From Phoronis australis (taxonomy: Eukaryota; Animalia; Phoronida), in contig NMRA01000037.1 of the NCBI GenBank assembly GCA_002633005.1, positions 919,972 through 983,971 of the forward strand: a stretch of DNA of 64,000 bases, read 5' to 3'. Below the pieces are notes generated by a model that saw only the letters and a program-made list of their open reading frames with translations, was not told where the DNA came from and did not search any database. Made by a program: the position numbers and the translations under genes. The stretch's first letter is position 1; each line of letters opens with the position of its first letter. Shown here one piece after another: positions 13,201 to 26,452 of the stretch.

Positions 13201-16200
13201 GAGAAAACTTGTTCTCAAAATGGGCGCTACATGTTATGTCTGACTATCGTAAATAGGATAACTGCCACTTATACATTACTTTTAGTTATTGAAATAAGGA
13301 CAGACTCGTGTGAACCACACTGTGTGAATCCAGGTGGAGAGGGTGAAGGACTAGGCCATAGGCGTTGTCAACTTACCTTTGGTTTGTACACAGCCACAAG
13401 GATACCAGCTGCAAGCTCTGCTGCCATGACGATGAACAAACAGGCCATGTACTGAAAGAGAGAGCGCAAACTATGTAATGCAGTTCACAATATCACCAAT
13501 ATCATGAGTGCACAGTACGTGCACTTTTCTCAGATCAACCCTCTTCTTCTCTGCAATATAAAGTTAATGGTATTTAATCTTCTCGTTGGAGTAATCCATG
13601 GACTCCATTGTGCACATGCTTATATGGTGTGTAATCAGGTACATTAACTCGTCACAAAAAACTAGAAAAGTTCCACAGACTCCATACCGTGAAACAAAAC
13701 AATTTTCTTTTAAGATGGAGTTGCATGGGGCTTTAATGCATTCATTTACTCAGCTGTGAGATGATTGACGCCTGGTTGAATAGAATATTTTCAAATTTGG
13801 TTGATAATTTGGCTCTTCAACTTAGGAAATGGGTTCCACTCTTGGCTACCCATCCATTTCAGGGAGTCGTCCATTTGGCCATCCTGAACAACCATTGGGT
13901 AAAGCCTCGATCACATGATTCATTCAGCCAGTTTTGTGCAGGAAACCTCGCACACAACACAGCTCAACACTCACCACGCCCAGCATGAACTTGCTCTCTC
14001 TCAGGGCACCGCAACAGCCACAGAAGCCCACCAGGAAAACGAATGCTCCGACACCGATGAGCACGTAGGCAGCCGTCTCCAGGGTGCTGTCGTTGGGGTT
14101 AAGCGAGACTAGTTGTTGGAGGCTTACCATGTTCGGGTCGACTCTTAACCAGATACCAATGGCTAGGATTGCACATCCGGAGAGCTGGAGTAAGATACAG
14201 TAAGATGCATCAGATACCAATGGCTAGGACTGCATGTCCGGACAGCTGGAGTGAGACACAATAAGATGCAAAGGAAATAACTCCTCAGTTAGGCACAGAG
14301 TTTAACCGTTAGACTAGTGAAAATTCATTTTGACAAATATTTCTGAGCAAATAAATTGATTTTTAAAAAATTTAAAGTAGATTTTAGCAAGGTTTGTATG
14401 GTAAAACAAAAACATACTTGGTTTAGCTTTTGAGCAATCAAACACTGTCCCAGAGTAAAGAATTTTTACTGCATGGAGCACCAGACTACCATCTGGTGGA
14501 CTCAGAACATGTTTCCCAAAAGAAATTTTTGGACGGAAGTCAGATTTTTATACTTACGTTAATTAACCCATAATCACAATGCCCGAGACTCTAAACAAAC
14601 TTTGATGAACCTTGAACGTTCATGAAAACTTCCCCATTTTCATGTTTAGCGAAATAGTGACAGAATTTCATACTATTGTCAAAAATGGCACTTTTTAGTG
14701 TAGCAGTCCTGGTACTGGACAAGTGAGTATTGGTCAGAAGTATTTCCTGTTCTCCTGAGCTGTCATTGTAGTGCATGGACAGTAGTCATTTCCTTGTGTG
14801 GGTTAACATTCTTTAACACAAGGACACAAATTACATTACTTTGCCAAAGGATTGTTTGCATACAATACCTGTATTGTGTCTGTAGACATGCACATAGACA
14901 TTTACAACAATGTCATCACAGAAGAAGACACTTACTAGAGATAAATGCCAACTAGAATCAAGGGCTTGTTTCGAAGTTTTGACTATAGGATATAGCCAAA
15001 ACTCAGAAACACGTCTTCGAGTAGACAGCTGACGGTGGCAAAAATGAAAAGTTTTTGTCCAGTGTCAGAAATAGGCAACGACTTCCGTTTTTTCTTGAAT
15101 TTGGTTTGCTAGTCATTTTTCAATTCTAAAAAAGCCCAATTTATCTGAAACTAGCAAGCCAATGAAAAAAATATAGGGACTAGTACGTTTCAGAGCAACG
15201 GGGCTTTTTAACGTGAATTTCCAGATGACAGGGTTGAATGAAATGTTACATTTTCCTCACCTACTCATGAGGAAATGTTCAGCTGAAGATATTTACACAA
15301 AATTACTTATTTTAGGTTATGTAGGGTGCTAGAAATACTCCAAATCTGGCTAACTTCGGAACATCATATCTCAGAGATGGCGAACAGTGAGAATTCATGT
15401 GAAGCTGCCAGGTACTATACTATGCGCACTGTTTTCCAAAATACTATTAGGGATTATTATCACAATTCACTTTTGCACGAACGGCTATGAAAAAAGAAGA
15501 CCTGTGATTTTTTATTAGAAAAATTCAAATGTAGCTGAAAACGAAAACGAAATAATTCATGAAACTGTAACGGCATTTATGAGAATTAAATCACAAGTAT
15601 TTATATCAAACGAAGCTAGCTCATGTTATTGTTACCAACTGTTTTGCTATGACGCAACCTTTCTCTTTCATCAAATCTTACTACAAATGAGTGGTCACAT
15701 GACCAAACTACTGGCAATAGTCTACAGGTCTAGTATTTCCAAAAAATATATGCTTTCATTCGAGATATTTGGCTAAATGAACAGATTTGCTGATAAGATC
15801 TCACATTTAACTGTGTAAAATTACATACATTTTGGAACTTTAAAGCCTGAAGAATTTGATTTCGACTCCATAACAACCTGCCATTACCTACGTCAAAGGA
15901 CAACTCTGCCATGTCTTTTTAGAAAAAATAGCAAAAAAGGAAAGTTTGTACTAAGGTAAGTCTGTGTGGACGGGAATCAGGGTAAAACATGGCCATAAAA
16001 AGTAGTCCTTGCGGCTACACAAGCGTGTCTAGAGACGTGTTATAAGCAATTCCTGAGCACATCTCATCGGCCTTGAATTAAACAAGCTTGAAGAAAATTA
16101 TAATGACCAATTGCACCCCAGAAGGTGTTTCCCATTAAGGAAACTTCGGTTTACCGAAGTTTCGCCGAAACGACGCAGTTAATTTGTACTCTAATGAACG

Positions 16201-16745
16201 AATATCGAGTAGTGGGTTCGAGGCTAACTGAAAATGGTTCTCCTGCCATTTATGAGTGTTTATAAAAATGACCAGTGTCATTCTTCATCAGATAAGCTTT
16301 CTTTATTACTTGTTTATTTAGTAATACGTGTGCCGATTGAAAGCACGTTGGCTACACTACAATAACAAAGATGTTTTGCGAGTGTGATCGTATATCAATG
16401 TCGCGACCTCTACCAATAACTTCGGCGAAGTTTCGTTCTGACCTTACCAACTACACCAAAGTTTCGGTGAGTACTGAAACTTCGCTTTTAAATCCTACTA
16501 TTTTCAGCGAAGTTTCGATTGCAGATTAAGTACCAGAGTTAACCTTTCCCACTTACCGAAACTTCGGTAAAAGCAAAGTTTCGCCTCCAGTGGGAAAGTG
16601 ACTAAAGATACCAAAGCAAGAGGTAGCATATCTTATCAATGAGTCCCCTAAATTAAACTTGACATGACATGTAACTTACCCAGAAAATAATGTTGAAAAC
16701 AATCAACATTATCTTGGAACACTTTGCACCACATCCTATCGCCAT
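7283..16745 (-). CDS. Tetraspanin A (258 aa, 6-Cys large extracellular loop), complete CDS
   Basis: Exons on minus: 16745-16680 MAIGCGAKCSKIMLIVFNIIFW; 14184-13975 LSGCAILAIGIWLRVD..GFCGCCGALRESKFMLGV; 13451-13377 YMACLFIVMAAELAAGILVAVYKPK; 12850-12752 VETAMG..YDWVQLK; 11466-11281 FQCCGGNGPDDY..PLSCC..KCLAG..NKK; 8878-8795 KCIDSVKEWVGSNLPIVIGVGVGIACLE; 7339-7283 LFGFIFACCLCRNVGEED*. All introns are GT-AG and phase 0. Four TM segments plus CCG and PxSCC motifs. Confidence 0.95.
9144..9309. mobile_element. Tc1/mariner-type MITE (TA-flanked, CCGTATTGCC..CCATGGG terminal inverted repeats)
   Basis: TACCGTATTGCCACGCCTTTAGGTCCATGGG pairs with CCCATGGGTCAAATGGCCAGGCAATACGGTA; a degenerate extra left-end copy lies near 8995. 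Confidence 0.6.
13146..13247. mobile_element. Hairpin mini-MITE, GAGAACCAGTT family, copy 1
   Basis: TAGTCAGATATAACGTGCCC...GGGCGCTACATGTTATGTCTGACTA inverted ends; related hairpins at 35461, 56213 and 60928. Confidence 0.6.
14150..14270 (-). repeat. 61-bp tandem duplication spanning the 3' splice site of tetraspanin A coding exon 2
   Basis: 14150-14209 and 14211-14270 are near-identical (CAGATACCAATGGCTAGGA..GCTGGAGT..TAAGATGCA). Confidence 0.9.
16125..16602. mobile_element. MITE with internal CGAAGTTTCG/CGAAACTTCG repeats
   Basis: Left end TTTCCCATTAAGGAAACTTCGGTTTACCGAAGTTTCG matches the reverse complement of the right end, CTTTCCCACTGGAGGCGAAACTTTGCTTTTACCGAAGTTTCG. Confidence 0.6.
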
Positions 16746-17190
16746 TCTGACAGATTAGGGATTCTTCGTTTAATCTGAAAAATAGAAAAACGTCAAAAAA
16801 CATTAACTCTTGAAACACTGTGATGGAGTTGCCTCGTGCAAGTCTGTCGTCACATATCTATCAGAGACGGCAGGTAAACAGACACCAGGTAAAAAGACAC
16901 CCTTGATTCAATACAATAGGCAACTGGTTATTTATTCACAGATTGACATAAGGCGCGTTTCCATGAATTTCATTTTTTCCAAGAATCTACTTATACAAAC
17001 TCACTAATGCGTAGCGTACCTGAGCATATGAAAATCTTAGCAAGTTGCACCACACCAATATTGACATGATCAAAAATGAATGCAATACATCAGACCACAG
17101 CAACATGGAGCAATTACTTAGAAACTATGTGCCAAGCTAAGGACTGATAAGGTTGGTGTGCATGTGTCAACAATATCCTGGTTTCCATGG

Positions 17191-18222
17191 AATTTTAATT
17201 AACCACTTACAAGGTTGGAAAATTGGGGCAAAATCACCATTTTGCTGCATAACCTCACATAAGGTCACTAGCCTGCATAACAGAACCAGCATGACGACCA
17301 CAAGCTAGGAGCAAACACTAACACACCTCAGTTCATAGCTTGAAGCAGGTTGTTAGCACATAACAATGCAAATTGCTCATTGAATTGCAAACTATGGTGA
17401 TTCTCTCAGTATTTTGCACAAAAGAGGGAGCCAAAGTGTTGTTTTTGCAAATAATGGGATCTCCAGCAACTGTTATATGACTGCACACTACAACCCATGC
17501 GCAATAGACTAAAGTGTTCTCATTCTTTACATTTGTGGAGAAACTAAACAATTTAAATAAAATATTGTGTGCTCAATTCGGGAAGATTTTCCAAATAAAA
17601 AAATTACATTCAATAAATACTGGGACTCTACTCTCACATGCGAATACAGCTATCATTTGCCAAATACCTTAAAGGCAGTCTTTAATCTTTTGAGGACAAC
17701 ACAANAATTTTAATTAACCACTTACAAGGTTGGAAAATTGGGGCAAAATCACCATTTTGCTGCATAACCTCACATAAGGTCACTAGCCTGCATAACAGAA
17801 CCAGCATGACGACCACAAGCTAGGAGCAAACACTAACACACCTCAGTTCATAGCTTGAAGCAGGTTGTCAGCACAAAACAATGCAAATTGCTCATTGAAT
17901 TGCAAACTAATGGCGATTCTCTCAGTATTTTGCACAAAAGAGGGAGCCAAAGTGTTGTTTTCTTTTGCAAATAATGGGATCTCCAACACCTGTTATATGA
18001 CTGCACACTACAACCCATGCACAACAGACTAAAGTGTTCTTAATCTTTACATTTGTGGAGAAACTAAACAGTTTAAATAAAATATCGTGTGCTCAACTGG
18101 GGAAGATTTTCCAAATAAAAAAATTACATTCAATAAATACTGGGACTCTACTCTCACATGCGAATACAGCTATCATTTGCCAAATACCTTAAAGGCAGTC
18201 TTTTATCTTTTGAGGACAACAC
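17191..18222. other. Apparent ~515-bp tandem duplication joined by a single N; probable haplotype-overlap assembly artefact
   Basis: 17191-17704 and 17706-18222 are near-identical with SNPs and small indels; N at 17705 sits exactly at the junction. Confidence 0.85.
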
Positions 18223-20884
18223 GAGACTTTTTTCTAACATGTGAATAAAATAAGACTATTAACAACACTAAGCAACTCAGCCAAGTCACAATGTAATGGA
18301 TAATAATTAATAATGTATAAAACATTCCTGATCCCGAGGACACAATTTAATGGAGAATAATTAATTATGTATAAAAAACTCCTAAACCCACCATTGGTCT
18401 GTTCAAAACAATAACTGACTTGACTGTGTTCCAATGACACCTGGGTGTAACAACACAAACAAGGAATCAATTTGTTAATTTCCAGGTCAGTTCCCATGGA
18501 GTGAAATGGGGTCAGAGACCGGCAACTTGCAATTATTCATATCAAACATTTGTATGTACTGTTAAACACCACATACAAATGTTGTTAGATAACACGAAAT
18601 AAGGAAAAATTTTCTTTCAACATTTTCTGACAACTTCCAGCATTCAAAATTGAATTTAATAAGTAAATTTCACTGTACTTTTTTATCTATTTCATTCATT
18701 TAGCATACCTTGAATGAATTACTGATATTCTACCCTACATAATCACATGGTTTGATGGTAGCATACATAATAGAACACTGCAACAAACATTCTTTAAAGA
18801 CTATGCAGCAGAGTGCTGGTGTTACATTAAAAAAACAACCAATGGAAGACCTGTAATTCTAACTGGTGCCTGCTGCTGTGGGACTCAGGATTCCCACATG
18901 GCCACATCACATTTTTATGATTCTTTCACATGTGTATAATTCCAAGTTGATTACACTTGACCAAACAATATGTTGTTGGTTAATCCCACACAACATTATC
19001 TGTGCGTCAACATTGGTTAAATCCGGTTTAAAAATGTGATAAACGACAGGAAACATTGGAAAGAAGAAGTCACACCCATGTGACGAAGTTTCTCAGACGG
19101 TCAGTAGGATTCAGACAAGTTTTTAGATTTTCATTTATGATATTCAATAATGAATAAGTCTAGTTTCGACAAGCTAGTTTGTGACTAAATATTCAGTACA
19201 CTATGAGAAAGACAATGAATGCATTGTATCTCACACGACTGCCGAGATCGCGAGATCGTGCAAGTCTGGCAACAACACTAATCAGCACTCCACAGTTACA
19301 TCCACCTATTTTCAACACATCAACCTAAGTGTGAGCATCCTTTCACTAAACACTCATAATATCTATTGAATATCATATACACAGCATCATATCCAGTAGT
19401 AACAACAGGTCAAGAACAAAACATTCCAGTCAACTAAAAATAGAAAGGATACAATGTCTCATAGCAAATAACATTTATGACTACAACTATGAATACTATG
19501 CAGAATAGTATCAAGATAAATCCTGATCTCAGGGTATCAACAAGACCTACTGACAACATCAGAAAACGAAACATTCCTGGATTTACAATATCAGCTGGAT
19601 ATTGCAACACTTAGATATTGCAACACTTACAATTGACAAGACAAAAGTAAATCATGTCCCAACTTTGTGATGGCTAATTTCTGTCAACAGCAAAATGACT
19701 GGCAATGACGCTGACTATGAGGGTGAAATCTTGCCATTTCTGGGATGCAATACAAGTTTTGACCAACAAGAGAAACTTATTTTCCATTTTGTGTAAAAGA
19801 TAGGAGATACCAAATAAATGCTAATAACCACCTTTAAAGACCTATAACTTAGTTGACAATGACTTTTTGAAATTGTGGGCATTCGTACAAACATTAGAAG
19901 TCTAGAAAAATACTGAAATTAGCAATTATTTTTGTTCGAAATTGATGAGATTTTATGGTATGGCAGCAAAATTCTAATAACAGAATGGTTTAGCAACTGT
20001 CCTAACTTTCTTTTCGTTATGGGTCATGAGGTAAGGATATCCTGAATGCTGAATGCAACTTTTGACCTGCCATTACCAGTGGGAATTCAGGCCATTTTGA
20101 TTACACTGTGTACATTAAGAAACCGGTTCAACCACCCAACAAACCAAACAGAATTTGGTGGACAGATGACTAACCATTGTTCACCCTGGGAGTGGCCCAC
20201 AAAAAGTCTCTTGATCAAGCAGTACCTTCTAAAGAGTTCACTCACAGAAACAAACAGTCGTGTTGACGTCATTTCCAATGGTAAAAGAATTTAAAAAACA
20301 AGCCCTATGTGATTGGGCGAAGCGCAACCGAATGCCTTAGACACCGACTACCCTTCCGAACATAACTACCAGCAGTGCTCAAGTCTCAACAAACATTTAA
20401 AAAATGAAGTTATTTCGAGTCATCACCTTATTACCTCGTTCATGTGAATGTACCAACTCACCCTTGACAGCCCCAATAAAACTGGCTTGAAAAGCTGCAT
20501 GGCAAATTGCCATAAAACAACATCAATACCTGACAGGTAATGTACCACCCTTCCTATATTGATCTACCGTAGTTATACACAGTGACTGGGTTAACCATTA
20601 AAGTGTTTATGCCAGATTCCACAACATCCTTGACAAAGAACAAGCACATCCACATAACAGCATTTTATACCAATTCGTCACTTATTTCACACAAAAACAA
20701 CTGACAAATTTGTCATTTTTACAATTTTCAACGGCCGAGTGATTACCCAGCTTTAAATAATGGAAACTTCACAGCAGACTAAAAATGTTTAATGTTTATT
20801 TTTGTGGAGGAATCTGACAAAATAGAATTTCACTTGTCCGCCACCTTGTGTCCTAAACGTATCCTAAGTAACGGGTAAGTCAAG

Positions 20885-21059
20885 AATTGACCTATCGCCA
20901 GGGTTTTGAGTGACTGCTTAACTGACCAATCAGAACGCAGCCTTCTCGACACACCTTCGTTTCCGAGTCGCCATTGTACCCGACAACCAACACGTTGTCG
21001 GGAAAAACTTATCATTTGTCGATTTTTCGAAAGGGGGCGGAGCTTGCGATAGGTCAATT
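20885..21059. mobile_element. MITE with AATTGACCTATCGC terminal inverted repeats, copy 1, nested within another inverted repeat (20817-21150)
   Basis: AATTGACCTATCGC...GCGATAGGTCAATT; further copies at about 21280-21401 and, inverted, at about 33207-33322. Confidence 0.75.
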
Positions 21060-21279
21060 ACTGCATCTTCAGGCTTTGCTAAGGTAGTACAGTAACTCTT
21101 TGCCAATTCAGGACAAACCATGGCCGACAAGTGAAATTTTCATTTTGTCAAATTTCTCAAGAAAAAATGAAGATTGGGAATGTTTCAATCTGTTGCTAGC
21201 ATGACTTGAGCTGTGTAGATGTCACAAAACGACACTTGGTAAAGTTTCTATTGTTGCAGAAAGGTAATCAACCTTTGAA

Positions 21280-21401
21280 AATGGACCTATCGCCGGGACT
21301 TTGAGTAACGGCTTAATTGACCAATCAGAAGGCACCTTCGTTTACAAGCCGCCATTTTACCAGACAACACGTTGCCGGGTAGAGCTTGCGATAGGTCAAT
21401 T
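21280..21401. mobile_element. AATTGACCTATCGC MITE, copy 2 (internally deleted)
   Basis: Same termini and internal GACCAATCAGAA..CACCTTCGTTT..AACACGTTG blocks as 20885-21059. Confidence 0.7.
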
Positions 21402-24400
21402 GGAAAATGGCATTTCAGCAAGTTTGTGACTTCATAACAAAACTTTTTAGTCAAAATAATACGAACAGCAATATTTTTTGATTTCTAATTTAAAAATCTT
21501 CCATTTTTACTATTAGCTTATCACTAAGTGAGTAACAAGTCAGGAAATATTCTGCTTTGAATTTGTGTATTCTTGCCTGGTCTTGCGTACTATGAGACGA
21601 ATTTCCGTATAAATCTGCCTTTTTGCATATGCAGTATGGTATGGATTATGTTATGAAAGAGGTTAACATTACAATTGCCATTTTCCATTTCATAAACTAA
21701 TGATCTTGTTGCAAATACTGGAAACTTCACAAAACTGGTTTAGGATGTCTGCACAGTACAAACTAAACTAATAACAGTATTCGACTTAAATTTTCAAAAT
21801 TCTTGTTTATATGGAATTTTTTTACTAAAATTCACTTGTCAGCCATATTGTAAGTCAAATAGATGCAAATTTGGAACTGGCAGATAAAATAAGGGAAATT
21901 CCAACCAGCTGCAGACAATCACCACAGTTCATTTGGTATTGGATATGCACTTGATAAATTAACACCAGCCACAACAAATCTCTGAATACCCAAACCAAGA
22001 GGTGGCACAATACATTTTGAACAAGGTGGGGGGGACAGTTGTCAGTTTGTCACTGTACAAGTTGTCCCAGCACGACTTGCTCCACTTCACAAATGCATTT
22101 ACATGACATTAGATTGCAAACTGGATCAACAAGAGTCATTTACACAAAGACTGTCCGTAATAGCGAACATCCAAACCGTGTGGAATGCAAGCGCGGAAGG
22201 TTTACACACACGCTTGCGTCGCCGATCTGATGTTCCGTGTTACGTGACAACAGTCTCCCATGTAAATGCAACTTTAAAGGGCAATCTGGCACACTATGTT
22301 TCACAGACAAACATTGTCTACACACCGGATACCCTCTGCTGGATATCCTGTACAACTGATCCTGTTTCAGGAGAACGATGTTGCTGCGATGTTGCTGCGT
22401 GTGAACAACAGTCATGAATCTGTTACCATCGTGCAATCCATTAACTTCACAATGTCATGCAGCCAGAACAATCCATTGTTGGGATTGTCTTTCTAAATTC
22501 ACACTTGCCCTAAACTATGGCATAAGATACTGGATAATCATGTACTGTGATTTCTCATCAGTGACAAGTACATTCACATCATGTGAACAAGTCCTTAGCT
22601 GGAGAAATGAATAAAATGCATTGGGCTATGTCTCCTCTATTGTCAATGCTAGGAGACTGAATAATATGGCTTTAACTTTTCAAAGGGAGACTGTTGGCAA
22701 ATACTAACTTAAAGGAAATAATTTTCCTATTGTATGAGTATGGTGAATGGACAGCACAGAAACCATTGTACATGCATTCAGTGTACAGTGTTCAATGGCA
22801 GACTCCTGAATATTTAACTGTAATCAGAATGTTGTATCCAACAACTGTAGAAGATCAAGAAAGTTTAAATTTTAACAAAATTGAGGGAAAGTGTGCATGT
22901 GCGTAAAAATACAATAATGAGAAAAATGTCAGTTTAACACTCAGCATGAAGTTTAACTTCACTTCGCAACAACTGCAGAAATAAATACTATTATACATAA
23001 ATCTATATGTGCACAGCACAGCACTATGGTCACCGGTGTAATTGTTTGGAATATACTGGAGTTATTTGTTACTATTTTCTCACAGCCTGCAAAGATGGCT
23101 GTGTGATGTTGATTCTAATTCCAAGTTAAAACAATTACAAAACCTGGTATGGTGCAGTATTTGAACTGGAGACTGATGGCCTTTTAAGATTATTTGTGTA
23201 ATGATTTCCACACTTAAATGTTGCATCTAAGGGATATAATTCTCATGTGATTTCTTTACATCATGAGGCCCAGGTCACAACAACCCTTTTTGCTGTACCT
23301 AGTTACTGTTCAACTGGAGCTACACGGAATATAATCCACTGGATANTGCCGGGTAGAGCTTGCGATAGGTCAATTGGAAAATGGCATTTCAGCAAGTTTG
23401 TGACTTCATAACAAAACTTTTTAGTCAAAATAATACGAACAGCAATATTTTTTGATTTCTAATTTAAAAATCTTCCATTTTTACTATTAGCTTATCACTA
23501 AGTGAGTAACAAGTCAGGAAATATTCTGCTTTGAATTTGTGTATTCTTGCCTGGTCTTGCGTACTATGAGACGAATTTCCGTATAAATCTGCCTTTTTGC
23601 ATATGCAGTATGGTATGGATTATGTTATGAAAGAGGTTAACATTACAATTGCCATTTTCCATTTCATAAACTAATGATCTTGTTGCAAATACTGGAAACT
23701 TCACAAAACTGGTTTAGGATGTCTGCACAGTACAAACTAAACTAATAACAGTATTCGACTTAAATTTTCAAAATTCTTGTTTATATGGAAATTTTTTACT
23801 AAAATTCACTTGTCAGCCATATTGTAAGTCAAATAGATGCAAATTTGGAACTGGCAGATAAAATAAGGGAAATTCCAACCAGCTACAGACAATCACCACA
23901 GTTCATTTGGTATTGCACATGCACTTGATATATTAACACCAGCCACAACAAATGACTGAATACCCAAACCAAGAGGTGGCACAATACATTTTGAACAAGG
24001 TGGAGGGGACAGTTGTCACCGAACAAGTTGTCCCAGCACGACTTGCTCCACTTCACAAATGCATTTACATGACATTAGATCGCAAACTGGATCAACAGGA
24101 GTCATTTACACAAAGACTGTCCAGTGCACGCTTGCAAAAACAATAGCGAACATCCAAACCATGAGGAATGCTAGCGCGGAAGGTTTACACACACGCTTGC
24201 GTCGCCGATCTGATGTTCCGTGTTACATGACAACAGTCTCCCATGTAAATGCAGCTTTAGAGGGCAATCTGGCACACTATGTTTCACAGACAAACATTGT
24301 CTACACACCGGATACCGTCTGCTGGATATCCTGTACAACTGATCCTGTTTCAGGAGAACGATGTTGCTGCGATGTTGCTGCGTGTGAACAACAGTCATGA

Positions 24401-25329
24401 ATCTGTTACCATCGTGCAATCCATTAACTTCACAATGTCATGCAGTCAGAACGATCCATTGTTGGGATAGTCTTTCTAAATCCACACTTGCCCTAAACTA
24501 TGGCATAAGATACTGGATAATCATGTACTGTGACTTCTCATCAGTGACAAGTACATCCACATCATGTGAACAAGTCCTTAGCTGTAGAAATGAATCAAAT
24601 GCATTGGGCTATGTCTCCTCTATTGTCAATGCTAGGAGACTGAATAATATGGCTTTATCTTTTCAAAGGGAGACTGTTGGCAAATACTAAGGAAATAATT
24701 TTCCTATTGTATGAGTATGGTGAATGGACAGCACAGGAACCATTGTACATGCATTCAGTATACAGTGTTCAAATTCAATGGCTGACTCCTGAATATTTAA
24801 CTATAATCAGAATGTTGTATCCAACAACTGTAGAAGATCAAGAAAGTTTAAAATTTAACAAAATTGAGGGAAAGTGTGCATGTGCGTAAAAATGCAAAAA
24901 TGAGAACGAAATGACAGTTTAACACCCAGCATGAAGTTTAACTTCACTTCGCAACAACTGCAGAAATAAATACTTTTATACATAAATCTATATGTGCACA
25001 GCACAGCATTATGGTCACCGGTGTAATTGTTTGGAATATACTGGAGTTATTTGTTACTATTTTCTCACAGCCTGCAAAGATAGCTGTGAGATGTTGATTC
25101 TAATTCCAAGTTAAAACAATTACAAAACCTGGTATGGTGCAGTATTTGAACTGGGACTGATGGCCTTTTAAGATTATTTGTGTAATGTTTTCCACACTTA
25201 AATGTTGCATCTAAGGGATATAATTCTCATGTGATTTCTTTACATCATAAGGCCCAGGTCACAACAACCCTTTTTGCTGTACCTAGTTACTGTTCAACTG
25301 GAGCTACACGGAATATAATCCACTGGATA
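21373..25329. other. Apparent ~2-kb tandem duplication joined by a single N; probable haplotype-overlap assembly artefact
   Basis: 21373-23345 and 23347-25329 are near-identical; N at 23346 sits exactly at the junction; this explains the paired ORFs in the track. Confidence 0.85.
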
Positions 25330-26313
25330 GAATAATGTCAAATTATGAAGAGCTAGTAGTCCATATCACCCGTGTTAAAAGTTGCGCAAGACACGCACAG
25401 AGATGATTTCAGAAAAGCATACATATTGGGTCAATTGACTCTGAGAATCTATGGGTCTCCGCATAGTTGCATTGCAAGGAAAGCCATAATACTGCCATGG
25501 CAAGAGAAAACATGCAGTTATAACATTGATGAATATTTCAGTGTTCTCTACAACTGAAATCCCATACAAACATGTTGTAAGTGCACGACAGCAGGCCGTC
25601 TCTGAATTGCAAATGCTGCATAAACAGCTGACTTGGCCTTTTTTTAAATTTCATGGATTATTTTACAGAAACGATATAGTTGATGATGGCAACGTTTTTT
25701 CAAAACTGGTCATTATTTTTTATAAACAGGTCGTTGGCCATTAAAATGTGTCGCAACTGTGGACAAACAGGTCACGGTGACACCTAGTGACAGGTTGGGG
25801 GGAACACCATGAGTCAATAAAATTTCCCTGGTCTCCCATATTTTGCGCTATGCAGGTGAAGAATTAAACCATAATAATTGTGATGGCAACACAAATTCAA
25901 CAGTGAATGTCGAAAATGGCCACGTGTTCCAAAAATCAAAGCCATAAATATAAGGTCACAAAATCAAGCTTGCCAACGGTGAATGTAGCCACTGAAACAA
26001 CTTCTAGTCAAAATGTAGTCTGGAGCATTTCTATAGATGCTGCTCAATAAGTGCTTAAAACAAGTTCCATAATGAACATTAGACAAAGTCAATAAACTTA
26101 TCATCCCAGAATAGAAACACAAATCACCAATTTAGGATTCAAATAACAGAAGTATGGTAAACACATCCAGGTATCAAGTTACCAGGGCCATCATACATCC
26201 CAGAGTGAGTGTTGGATATATGAGCTGATAGTTGTGCAACTCGCACACTGAGCAAAATACCACCATAGTCTTCTCAGAGACATTCAAATTCTGGCGAAGA
26301 GATCAACCTGTGA

Positions 26314-26452
26314 AGCCACCTCTACACACTCCGAATAGACCGTCGACTGTAGCGTTTGACTAATCGTCGACTATCGTATACGACTAATTGATTGTTGTAT
26401 ACGACTTTGTGATTGACTATCGTATGGGATTAATCGCGGTGTGTAGACATGT
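26314..26452. mobile_element. Small MITE (TCTACACAC...GTGTGTAGA ends, internal CGACTA repeats)
   Basis: Short terminal inverted repeat with a CpG-rich repetitive interior. Confidence 0.5.

Noticed and set aside
22039-24889. Paired Cys-rich ORFs (..CWISCTTDPVSGERCCCDVAACEQQS) resembling a duplicated peptide gene
   Set aside because: The pairing comes from the N-joined haplotype duplication; no signal peptide or recognisable domain, and the copies differ by indels and stops
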